A DNA stretch of 64,000 nucleotides, taken from the NCBI GenBank assembly GCA_964016885.1, contig OZ024742.1, forward strand, positions 39,494,001 through 39,558,000, in the 5' to 3' direction. Shown here piece by piece: positions 1-12,931 of the stretch; positions within the stretch are counted from its first letter, which is position 1, and every line of letters starts with the position of its first letter. Position numbers and translations under genes: made by a program. Under the pieces are notes generated by a model. It worked only from the letters and a program-made list of their open reading frames with translations, searched no databases and had not been told where the DNA came from. The stretch is from Eledone cirrhosa. Its lineage: Eukaryota.

Positions 1-170
1 GGATGTATGTGCGAATGTGATTTTAATGGCTCCTTCATCCTATATGTTATTCCTGTTTACGACTATCACGCCGTACCAAATACCATTCTTATCTGTATGA
101 AATGTAGTAATATGATACTTTGTACAACAACGTTGTCATAAACTAGACTAAAATACATAAAATAGATAAT

Positions 171-203
<33 letters not shown>

Positions 204-331
204 TATATATAAACAAACACACACGCACACACACATATGTGTGTTTGAGTGGGTGTTTGACTTAAGTAGCATTGGATGATTTGAATTTTTCGTTGGTCAA
301 ACATGCTTTCAGAGAAGTTGTTCTCAATATA

Positions 332-400
<69 letters not shown>

Positions 401-534
401 GATTTACATATACATAAAGTCATAGATATATATGTGGCAACCGGTCACGTTGTGGCTCAATGAAGAATTAATAAATTAAATAATCAGAGCAATATATCTA
501 ATAATTTATCTAATAATTCTAAGGACATGATTTA

Positions 535-628
<94 letters not shown>

Positions 629-630
629 TA

Positions 631-667
<37 letters not shown>

Positions 668-670
<3 letters not shown>

Positions 671-700
671 CTGCCCGCCGAAATGCGATTCTCGCTGAAT

Positions 701-766
<66 letters not shown>

Positions 767-830
767 ATTCAGCGAGAATCGCATTTCGGCGGGCAGGAAA
801 GGCGAAGCGAAACGCAAAAATAAGAAATGA
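668..830. mobile_element. Short element ends forming a palindrome around a (TA)n tract
   Basis: 38-bp perfect inverted arms 668-705 and 762-799 (TTCCTGCCCGCC...GAATCTTTA) separated only by (TA)n; (TA)n on both outer sides. Confidence 0.6.
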
Positions 831-1090
831 TATATATATATATGAAGGCTATTGCCCGATATAGGTTTGTTACTTTCATTGATTTATTACTTTAAATCGA
901 GACAGGCAAACCATATTGTTTTAAATTAGTATTTTTTAACCTAGCTAACTTGGTCATTTGCAATTGGAACACATGTATAGTTATATCTGTGTTCATCCCT
1001 CTCATATATCCAATTGTATCACACGGCTCGGAAAGATTCCCTTCTTTGAGGTATTTAATTATAAAATACTATTTTGAGTTTCTAACTCAA

Positions 1091-1142
<52 letters not shown>

Positions 1143-1145
<3 letters not shown>

Positions 1146-1818
1146 TCAAAATAGGGAGCGCACAGGATAAAGAGAATGGGAAGGGGGGAATCAACAACAC
1201 AGAAAGATGGACAGTCCCATATCCTCAGTCACCCTCAGGAAATCACTACAGTTTCGTTGCATTAAGGTCGATACCATCATTCCAGTGTACATTGGGACAT
1301 AAGAAAACAGTTAGAGACAAGTTATGCCTTTATGCAAATTACACAAATATAGAATTCGCAAGGGCTTAGTTAAAGGATAAAAATATAGAAAGGAGAGAAA
1401 TAGTAAAACAGAAGAGAATAAGGACAGGTGTCCAACGCGTGGACTAAGAAAAGGGACACTAAGGCGTATAAAAGGTAAGAAGGGAGAATAGAGGAAATCA
1501 GGCAGGGCGGTGTGATGTCTATTATATGATACTTTAAAAAAAAACCCTCATTGCTAAGTGTATAAAAATTTAAAATGGGGAGCGCAAAGGAAAAAAACAA
1601 TGGAAAAAATGCAGAAAGACGGACAGTCCCATCTCCTCAGTCAACCTCTGGAAACCACTATGGTTTCAGCTCATTAAGGTCAATACCATTCAATCCAGTG
1701 TACGGTGGGACATAAGAAAATAGGTAGAGACAAGTTATGCCTTTAGGCAAATTACACAAATTACACAAAGAAGGACAATGAGGTGGTGTCTTTGTTATGT
1801 GCGCTCCCTATTTTGAAT
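1143..1818 (-). mobile_element. Non-coding PLE-pLTR/retrozyme-like element: partial tandem duplication plus terminal inverted arm, in (TA)n
   Basis: ~200-bp diverged direct repeats at ~1145-1347 and ~1570-1760 (period ~425); 1790-1818 is the reverse complement of the 1145 end (TTCAAAATAGGGAGCGCACA); (TA)n on both sides. Confidence 0.6.
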
Positions 1819-1878
1819 ATATATATATATACAGTGAGTCAAGGTATCAGAAAGAAGAACGGCTGTGTGGTTTTATTA

Positions 1879-1950
<72 letters not shown>

Positions 1951-1965
1951 AGGACAGAGATGGGG

Positions 1966-2016
1966 GAGTGTAAAAGTGGTTTCGGCTTTTGTATTCAGAA
2001 AGCCTTTCCAAGACTC
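1966..2016 (-). ncRNA. Degenerate hammerhead-like motif
   Basis: Minus strand TTGGAAA-GGCTTT..AAAGCC-GAAAC; stem II intact, core and stems I/III mutated. Confidence 0.3.
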
Positions 2017-2180
2017 TATCTCTATATATACATTTTGTAACAATCAGTTATCTATGGAGCTGGAAAAACGTGTCATGACAAACCATCACCCACCTTAGGC
2101 CCCTGGTTGAGGTCTACTGGGATACAAGGGAATATACAGATATTCAAGGCTAATAATAACAGATATTCAAGGATAATAAT

Positions 2181-2495
2181 AATTGTTTCTACTTTTGGCA
2201 CAAGGCCAGCAATTATCCAGTGTATTACTGGTACTTTATTTTATCGACCCGTAAGGATGAAAGTTAAAGTTAACCTCGGCGGGATTTGAACTTATACCAT
2301 AAAGGGCCGTAACTCTTTGCTACAAAGCATGGCGTCAGACCTTGTACCGATACTGCCAATCGACCGCCCTTTGATGATAATAATAATAATTGTTTCTACT
2401 TTTGGCACAAGGCCAGCAATTACCTCAGTACATTACTGGTACTTTATTTTATCGACTCCGTAAGGATGAAAGGTAAAGTTAACCTCAGCAGGATT
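2181..2495 (-). mobile_element. tRNA-derived SINE family A: full copy 2181-2370 plus partial copy ~2390-2495
   Basis: Minus strand A box TGGCAGTATCGG, B box GTTCAAATCC, central CTTTCATCCTTACGGGTCGATAAAATAAAGTACCAG (Meta/MESC-domain-like from memory), tail CCTTGTGCCAAAAGTAGAAACAATTATTA; >20 copies in window. Confidence 0.85.
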
Positions 2496-2919
2496 TCTAC
2501 TTTCATACATACTGCGCAATAGTATCAATTACAGTAGCATCCACAACAAATTCATATTTGAACATTTCAGAAAAGTGTTCATCGCAACGACTTGCAATCT
2601 GTTGATTTAATGAAGTGAACAGAATAATGTTTAGGAAAAAAACCTGTCGCCCCTTAAACTGAATATTGCTAAGGCTCCAGCTAAACGTTTTATCTGTACT
2701 GTGGTTTTACGCTTTTGTGGCATATCACATAATCTAAAGAGATTGGGCGATTGTCAATGACTGGAAATATGCAATTAGGCTTCCTTTGGGTTAAGATAGA
2801 GAATGGTAACCTCAAAGTCAGTGAAGTAATGCCAGCCGTTGGCAGAGTTCTGGCAATATTCTTCTTACGCTCTTGAATAACTCCTTGATATTTGTTGACC
2901 TTCCAGAAAGAAAAAAAAA

Positions 2920-3300
2920 ACATACATACGTACACACATGATGATAGCTGCAACTCGATTTCGAGTAATGCCATCGCTTGATACTTAAGCAGAAGTATCT
3001 CGGACGTCGCTTTTTAGTCCTGCTAGGGGCTTGCCTATGACCAGCAATACCATGCATCGCAAAAAAATGTCACATATCAAGCGATGCCTGTGCTTGAACA
3101 TCGAATGCATGTTTTATATTAGAGTGACCGTCTCCTACAGGGATGTCTTAATGAAGAAAAAAAATTATTGGGTGGCTGTTGACTCTCCTGAGTTCCTCTG
3201 TACTTTGACGGGTCTTGTTTTTCATCCCACAGGGCGTCCAAAATCACCCTCCTCAACAAGCAAGCTTGATGGAGTTGCCAGTTTAGTCGCCGACGATCCA
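2920..3300 (-). mobile_element. Non-autonomous RTE-related element (5' leader plus RTE 3' tail)
   Basis: Minus strand ends GCGATGGCATTACTCGAAATCGAGTTGCAGCTATCATCAT plus (TATG)n-like tail, similar to the RTE 3' end at 14608-14647; leader homologous to 12262-12380. Confidence 0.65.
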
Positions 3301-3361
3301 ACATAGATAGATATCTTTCTTTCTTACTTTCTTTCTTTCTTTCTTTTTTTCTTTCTTTTTT

Positions 3362-3429
<68 letters not shown>

Positions 3430-3757
3430 TATTGTATGATAGATAGATACATACATACATATATACATACATACATACATGCATACATACATGTCTCAAT
3501 AAAAATATTGAGAAGCTTGGGTCCTCCAAAGTAGGAGCACAGTTAATTAGCAAATTACAAGTATAGTATATTAATAGAACTATAAAAATATGTAAAACAT
3601 TCCAGATGTTTAGCATGTAATAACTGCAATAACACACCTATATATATATAAAAACACGTATATACGTGCATATGTAATTCAGACATACAGATCCACACTT
3701 GCAAAGACATCTAGACTTGTACATACACAAAAACATACATGTATACATATATGATTA

Positions 3758-5526
3758 CACCGTGTTCCTGGCTTGTAATCACTTTTTTTATTGTGTTGCT
3801 TAGGTCCCAAATAAATAAAAAAGTACTATTAAACAGTTAAAAGCTTTGGTTTGTAAAAATTCTAAGCTATTTACTAGAATTATTTGTATGTTGGATTTTA
3901 CGTTGTATATAAGTTTAATTTGCTTATGTTAAATGATTTTTTATATATGTTTCAGGTTAAATTAAAATTATAAAATAAAGAGTAATACCTAAAGAAAATG
4001 ATAAAAGTGCAATAAAGTATAAAATTGTTAAAAAGTGGATTAAAAAGATTTATTGATACTGGGTACCAGAAAAAGTTCCTCACTTCCCAAACCAAAAAGA
4101 AGTCAATGACTTGGTCAGGGATATGGGTCTGACCAAGTCCAATGCAGAGTTATTCGTCTCCAGGATGAAGCAGTGGAACTTGGTCAAGGAGGAAGTGCAG
4201 GTGACAAGTCAGAGAAGTTGACACGAACCTTTTTCAGGCTTTTACATTCTTAGGGATGGCCTCTGCTTCTGCCATGACGTGCCTGGACTGTTTGACGTTA
4301 TTGGGGTGCCGTTTGTGTCCAAGAAGTGGCGGCTATTTATAGCCAGCTCCACCACAAGTTTGAAGGCTGTCCTCCTCCACAATGGAAACAAGTTCCCGAC
4401 ACTGCCCCTAGCTCATTCAGTCTGCCTGAAGGAAGATTACTACAGTGTGAAAGTCCTCTTGGAAGCTCTGCAATACAACCAGTACAATTGGGAAATCATT
4501 GGAGACTTCAAGATGGTGGATTTCCTGCTTGGACTCCAAGGAGGCTTTATCAAATTCCAATGCTTCCTCTGCCTTTGGGACAGCAGAGCCACCTCTGACC
4601 ACTACAAAAGAAAGAACTGGGAGCAGCGAACAGAATTTGTAGTTGGGACCCGGAACGTCATGTGGGAGCCACTGGTTGATCCCAGGATTGTGCTCATGCA
4701 GCAACTGCACATTAAGTTGGGGTTGATGAAGTAGTTTGTGAAGGTTCTCAACCAAGAATCAGCCGCTTTTAAGTACCTTCTTGAGTTCTTCTCCAAGTTA
4801 TCTGAGGCCAAAATTAAAGGTGGAATTTTTGTTGGACCTCAGATAAAGAAGGTGTTTGAGTCTACCGAGTTCTCCAATAAGCTCAATAGGATTGAGAGAA
4901 CAACATGGAACTGTTTCAAGTCAGTTGTTAAGGGCTTCCTGGGCAACTACAGAGCTGAAAACTACCAGCAACTGGTGCAGGATCTGATAAAGGCTTTTGG
5001 CGCCATGGGATGCAGGATGTCGCTTAAACTCCATATGCTGGACGCTCACCTGGAAAAATTCAAGGACAATATGGGCGCCTACTCAGAAGAACAAGGCGAA
5101 CGATTCCACCAAGATGTGAAAGAGATAGAGCGGAGGTACCAGGGCCACTACAATGAAAAAATGATGGGGGACTATATCTGGCGGCTAGTGCGGGAATGCG
5201 ACCTGGACTACAACCGCAAATCCAGGAAATCCAGTCATTTCTGGCGTGTATAAGTTGCTTTATAAGTGTTATTTGTTTTACTTTTTTGCTTTTGATAAGC
5301 TTGTGTAATAAAATAAATATATACTCTGTTGATGTAATTATATGAACTGATAAATTAAAAAAAAATTTGTTTTTTTATGAAAAATATGAACATTTCGAAA
5401 TATCAAACTCCTGATAACAAACCCAAACTTCTGATTAAATAATAGCGTTTTTTTTTATAATGATCGGATATAAGAAACCAGGTAATCACACTTAGAACAA
5501 GGGAACAAAAAATATGTTACACGTTG
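3758..5526 (+). mobile_element. Chapaev(3)-like DNA transposon, internally deleted, copy 1
   Basis: Ends CACCG... and ...GTTACACGTTG; 3-bp TSD TTA/CTA; homologous along its length to 58120-59880; transposase remnant inside. Confidence 0.8.
4057..5253 (+). pseudogene. Transposase pseudogene (Chapaev/CMC-like DDE), C-terminal part with stop codons
   Basis: Motifs WRLFI.SS..SLKAVLLHNGNK, GDFKMV..LLGLQGG, CFLCLWDSR, LHIKLGLMK, MSLKLH.L..H, SEEQGERFHQD..E.RYQG; in-frame TGA ~4219 and TAG 4732. Confidence 0.85.
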
Positions 5527-5710
5527 CTACTTAGATTGGTTAAATTCCAATTGAAGAGCCTGGTGTCTCGGTTAGAAACCGACTTTCTGTATTGGTGAGA
5601 CGTTAAAAATTAATATAACTAGAACATACATACATACAGAGGTAGATACGTGCATACATATATAAATACATACATACAAACAGACAGACAGACACACACA
5701 CACACACACA

Positions 5711-5748
<38 letters not shown>

Positions 5749-5993
5749 AACGTCCATACATACACATATACATACATACATAATACATACATGCATAAAT
5801 AAATACACACATAAATATATATATATATATATATACGCACATACATACACACATACATACATACATACATACATACATACATACATACATACATACATAC
5901 ATACATACATACATACAGTATGCTAGGGTGAGAAACAGAATGTTAAACAAACGAACGCAGAAAGAAATGTGCACACACACAGTGATACACACT

Positions 5994-6044
<51 letters not shown>

Positions 6045-6464
6045 ACTAAAGAAAGCAATAACATCAACGGCAAAAAGAAAAAAAAGATAGCAATCATAGC
6101 AATACAATACAGCGATAATGCAAGCAACTCATAAGAAGGAAATTTTGTGGAAACCAATTCTAAGCACGTTCATACCTGTGAAGAGATTTTAGAAACATGT
6201 CTTCAACAACTGAATTCCGTTGTTGAAGACAGCTCCGCAACCCCTCGTTCACTTAGTACAACAGATTTAGCAGAATAATTAATGACTTTGTCTGAAAAGT
6301 GAACTCTGCGGCCCGTGTTCGTGCCCACAGTGAATTAACCAGTGTGCTTGTCTTGTTTGAAAAAAACAACTTACCTTTTCTAACACCTGTTAATTACAAC
6401 AGGAAGGAACGATTTTTAAATCTCGTAGTATATTCATAGATACATACATACACACACACATGCA

Positions 6465-7690
<1,226 letters not shown>

Positions 7691-8071
7691 GTGAACTTTC
7701 ATATACGTATGTTTGTGTATACGTATGCGTTTGTATATTAGTTAACATGCGCGCACGCAAACACATACATACGCACATAGGTACACATGCATAAATTTGT
7801 GTATACATACACACACATATATATACTCTTTTATTCTTTTACCTGTTCCAGCCATCCGGCTACCACGCCCCCTCCCCCTCTCCTGCATCAAAGACTAATA
7901 AATATTCAGAGACTTACCTACCTGTGTTGAGTACTTCCCCCGTCATATTCTACTCCACCTCAACTTATCACCCCCACCTTCTTAATTACATCACTTCCAT
8001 CAAAAGATAATGAAGCCCAACTACTAAATAGATTCTCCATCCTAATGAGTTTACACCTTACAAAATAACCC

Positions 8072-8178
8072 GTCTTTCTCTCTTTCCTACCTTCTTTCTC
8101 TCTTTCACTCTCTTTCTTTCCTTCTTTCTCTCTTTCTCCCTTTCTTTCTTTATTTCTTTCCCTCTTTCTCTCTTTCTC

Positions 8179-8209
<31 letters not shown>

Positions 8210-8368
8210 GTCTTTTATTCTTTCTGTCATTTTTTCTTTCTTTCTCTCTTTTTCTCTTTCTTTCTTTCCCTCTTTCTTTCTTTCTTTTTTCTTTCTATCT
8301 GTCTTTCTTTCTTTTTTCTTTTTTCTTTCTTTCTATCTTTCTTTCTATCTTTCTTTCTTTCTTTCTTC

Positions 8369-8402
<34 letters not shown>

Positions 8403-9018
8403 GTCTTTTATTCTTTCTTTCATTCTTTCTTTCTTTCTTTTTCGGTTTTATTCTTTCTTTCATTCTTTCTTTCTTTCTTTTTCGCTTTCTTTGTTCTTTC
8501 TTTCTTTCTTTCTTTCTTTCTTCTTTCTATCTATCTTTCTTTCTTTCGTTCTTTCTTTCTTTCTATCTTTCTCCTTTCTTTCTTTCTTGCTTTCTTTCTT
8601 TCGTTTTCTTCCTCTCTCTGTCTCTCTTTCTCTCTCCTTTCTTATCACTATCCCCCCTCTCTCTCTCTGTTTCTCATTCTCTCTTTGATTCTCTCTCTTC
8701 TTTCTATCTCTTCGTTTTCATCTCTCTCTCTTTTCCTTTCTCTCTATTTTTCTCTGTCTCTCTTTTTCTCTCCCCCTGTCCCCCTCTCTCTCTCTCCTTC
8801 TCTCTCTCTCTTTCCCCCTCTCTCTATTCTTTTCTCTCTCTCCTCTCTCTCTCTCCCTCTTTCCCCTCTCTCTCTCCCTCTCTCTATCTCCACTTCCCGC
8901 TCTCCCTATCTCTCTCCCCCCATTCTCTCTCTCCACTTCCCGCTCTCTCTCTCTCCCTCTCTCTATCTCCACTTCCCGCTCTCACACTCTCCCCCTGTCC
9001 TTCTCCCTCCTTCTCTCT

Positions 9019-9093
<75 letters not shown>

Positions 9094-9102
9094 TCTCTCT
9101 CT
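8072..9102. repeat. ~1-kb polypyrimidine (CTTT)n/(CT)n tract
   Basis: Direct reading. Confidence 0.95.
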
Positions 9103-9516
9103 TGATTGCTATATAATTTTCTTCCCCTTCCATCTGTCTCTCTATCTCGTTATTTCTCCTCACCTCAATATTATCTATATTTTACATCGTTTGTAGTATG
9201 TGGCTCCGTCTCCATTATCATGTGGCTGGTTAGTAAGAAATATTTTAGTCCCTAAAATGGATGTAATGCATAATAGATATATAAACAACAGCTATTGAGA
9301 GTACCTTCATTCGTTTGTTTGTGTTTGTTTTTGTTTTCTTATATATACTTATTGATTCAAAGGTTAGATGCACTGGGCTTCAAATGATTGAGACATTGAG
9401 GTCACAGTGTTATGCGGCATGTCTTGGGGACTCAAGCCTGACTGAGACCAGCACTCTTTGAATACAGCCTGATTTCTTCCAGAGAAGGCGAGAGGGGGGA
9501 TAAGGAGAGAGCGAGC

Positions 9517-9598
<82 letters not shown>

Positions 9599-9679
9599 AG
9601 AAGAATCAATCCCAGTACTAGACAGATATTTTATTGATTGACCTCGAAAGGATGAAAGTAAAAGTGTACCTGAGGGTAG

Positions 9680-10095
9680 AGCGAATGACAGGGGGTTACC
9701 TGCACGACAAAACACCAGACGGCATGAGAATATTTCTGTTCCGTAGGGGTAGGGCCCTCATCTGGGATGCTACATGCTGTGACACCTTCTCTAATGGTAA
9801 CCTGCTGCGTTCGGCTACCAACCCAGGCTCTGCTGCCCGCCAAGCAGAAGAGAACAAACTGTCCTAGTATCAGTCGCTCTCGGATAGGTTTGTGGTAGAG
9901 CCCTCTAGTAGTGGAGACTTCCGGCGTTCCTGGCTCCCCGGACCACAACCTTACTCTCTGCTATCGGAGCGGAGTTGGCCTCCCATAGGTGCAAGCGCCG
10001 CGAGGTGGAATGGCTGTTCCAGCGCGTCTCTCTCACCGTCTTCCTGGGCAATGTATTCTCCATCCTGTCAGCCGGGACCCGGAGGCAGAGGTTAA
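9680..10095 (+). pseudogene. 3' fragment of a non-LTR retrotransposon with restriction-like endonuclease (CRE-like)
   Basis: KTPDGM.IF...GRALIWDATCCDTFS...SA..PGSAARQAEE.K, then after a stop/frameshift PL.VETSG; typical PD..D..K RLE C-terminus. Confidence 0.7.
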
Positions 10096-11024
10096 GTTAG
10101 TTGGTAGTGGAGGATACACGTTCGGACGTCACTTTCACATATGTATTAAATACAGGCTATATATGTTTATCGTGTAAAATATTGTTTACTACGTTTGGCT
10201 ATAAGTCTTATTTCATCCAAAGTGAGAGATCTGCTTCTTTCCTTCTCTATCACCCACCCATGCATTTTATCTTCCCTCTTTCTCTTCCTCTTTTTCTCTA
10301 TCTTTGTACTTGTATAACCTGTTTTATATTATCTATGTACACCTAATAGGGCAGTGGATTGGCAGTATCGGTACGGGGTCGATAAAATAAAGTACCAGTA
10401 ATACACTGGGTAATTGTTGGCCTTGTGCCAAAAGTATAAATAATTATCTATGTACACCTAAGTTTATCACTCTTTCCCCTTTATTCCAAAACGCAGTAAT
10501 TCTTCCCCATTCATTCCTTGTTTATTTCAATATGTATTTCTAACTGTTAAGGCGGCGAATTGGCAGTCGGTAAGGCATTGGACGAAAAATACCTCAGTAT
10601 TTCTTACGTCTAACAGCCTTCTGAGTTCAAGTCCCGCCGTGGTTAACTTGGTCTTTTATCCATTCCAGGTCGATAAATAAAGTACCAGTACCAGGTCGGA
10701 TCTACACCTCCCCCCCTCTCTCTCGCAATCGGTTGTTCCGATATGGAGAGGGATAGGTGCCACCGGGTACAAAATGCTCAACAACCACCGTATGTCCGGA
10801 TGGCGCCCCTGAGATCCAATCAGAAGTTCATGGTCAAGAAAGAGAAGAAATAATCTCTCTTTGTTGATTGGTTTCCTGTGTGCGCGAGTATTTAAGTATA
10901 TCTTTATGAATATCTGCAATATATGTATGGGTTTATGGTAGGATGCATCTATGTATATATGCATGTAGATGTGTAAATATGAATGTATATGTACACACAC
11001 ACTCACACACACACACACACAAAT

Positions 11025-11059
<35 letters not shown>

Positions 11060-11227
11060 GACGCGCTCCATCATCCACTTTTCTAAAAAATAAATCATAC
11101 ACAAAACGCCAGCACCAACAGTTTTCCAAGAGATGTCAACATGAAAGGACCTGTTATTTTTATCTAAAGACATTTTTTCCAATTCCAACCCGCCCGTCCC
11201 CTCAATCTATCTTATTTCTCATTCTTC

Positions 11228-11261
11228 CTTCTGATGATGGACTAGCGTCCGAAACGTTAAG
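11228..11261 (+). ncRNA. Minimal type I hammerhead ribozyme
   Basis: CTT-CTGATGA-T-GGAC tagc GTCC-GAAAC-GTT-AAG; palindromic AACGTT stem III; in a short element beside (TA)n. Confidence 0.7.
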
Positions 11262-11378
11262 ACCCTCTTCCTGCTATATCAAGCGTTAACCTAATATATC
11301 CTTTCCATATACTGTACCGATTGTGTTGTTATTTCTGTTTACCTTTTACATACACACACACACACACACACGCGCGCG

Positions 11379-11409
<31 letters not shown>

Positions 11410-11418
11410 GCGCGCACG

Positions 11419-11507
<89 letters not shown>

Positions 11508-12207
11508 CTGTATATATACGGAGAGAGAGAAAGTGAATGATAGAAGAAGAAGAATCTGTCCTCCTGTAAGTAAACTCTATATGCTATGCAGATACGGTAT
11601 ACAGATTACTGTAATAATAATACAACAAATATTAATGATGCAACATTTTTCATTCGAGTCACGTATCAAATGATTATATATGTATGTATGTACATACATA
11701 CATACACACACATACATACATACATACATACATACATACATACATACATACATACATACATACATACATACATACATACATACATACATACATACGTATG
11801 TATGTATGTATGTGTGTGTTTGTATGTATGTATGTTCTTTTGGTTTTATAATTTCACAAATTTTTTTCAAGTAAAGAGAGAGTCGATTTCTAACATAGAC
11901 ACACGACTCTCTCATTGGAATTTACACAACATCAACTAGGTAGATATGTATGCATGTCTGCATACATGCTTGTGTAGGTATGGATGTTATTGTATGTGTG
12001 GATATGTATGTTTTGAGTTATATGTGTGCATGTGTATACGCTTTGTATCTGTACATGTGCATATGCAGTTATTAGATGCACATTTTTTGGAATGTTTTAC
12101 ATGTATGTATGTATGTACGTATGTACGTATGTGTGTGTGTGTGTGCATGTATGTATGTGTGTGTTTGTATGTATGTATGTGTGTGTGTATATCTATATGT
12201 GTGTGTG

Positions 12208-12260
<53 letters not shown>

Positions 12261-12261
12261 C

Positions 12262-12745
12262 TGTCCAAAATCACTCTCCCCACCAAGTAAACTTGGTGGG
12301 GTTGCCGGTTTAGACGCAGGACAATAAAACAAAACCTGACAAAGGGCGGAAGAACTCATAAGAGTCAACGGCCATCCAAAAGTGTGTAAATATGTATATA
12401 CCCATGTACCGCACGGTTCAACCACTGGGAGTGAAGGACCCCTAGCCTTTGTCTGGGCATTCTTCTAGGAGAAGGCATCTCAGAAAACTGGGTTAACTCC
12501 GACATAAAACCTGCGGCTCAGTAGTTACCGATGATGTTGATCCTTTCTTCTTTTCGGGTTATAGCTACTGTCGCTCAGAGAGTGGGATTGGCTCAGTGCA
12601 CAGTCTTTCCTCACTTTAAAAAATATCTTCATGCACAGGCATTGCACGATAGAATTAATTAATAATGGCATATCATGCAATGGCCATACTCGATAATGAG
12701 GGGGCAGCCATCATATATGTCTGTATGTCTGTATGTATGTGTGTA
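12262..12745 (+). mobile_element. Non-autonomous RTE derivative (RTE-like 5' UTR fused to RTE 3' tail)
   Basis: 3' end 12676-12714 TGCAATGGCCATACTCGATAATGAGGGGGCAGCCATCAT nearly identical to 14608-14646, followed by (TATG)n; no RT coding. Confidence 0.7.
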
Positions 12746-12805
12746 TGTATGTATGTATGTTCTTCTGGTTTTATAATTTCACAAATTTTAAAACCAGAAG
12801 ATCAT

Positions 12806-12846
<41 letters not shown>

Positions 12847-12931
12847 TGTGTGTGTGTATGTATGTATGTATGTATGTATGTATGTATGTATGTATGTATG
12901 TATGTATGTATGTATGTATGTATGTATGTAT

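Noticed and set aside
2690-2905. Host exon on minus strand
   Set aside because: The apparent acceptor is the tail of an RTE derivative; the NRPISL motif suggests an old LINE RT scrap
12665-12931. N-terminus of the 577-aa ORF
   Set aside because: Translation of an RTE tail and (CA)/(TATG) repeats that is in frame by chance; RT homology starts at 12932
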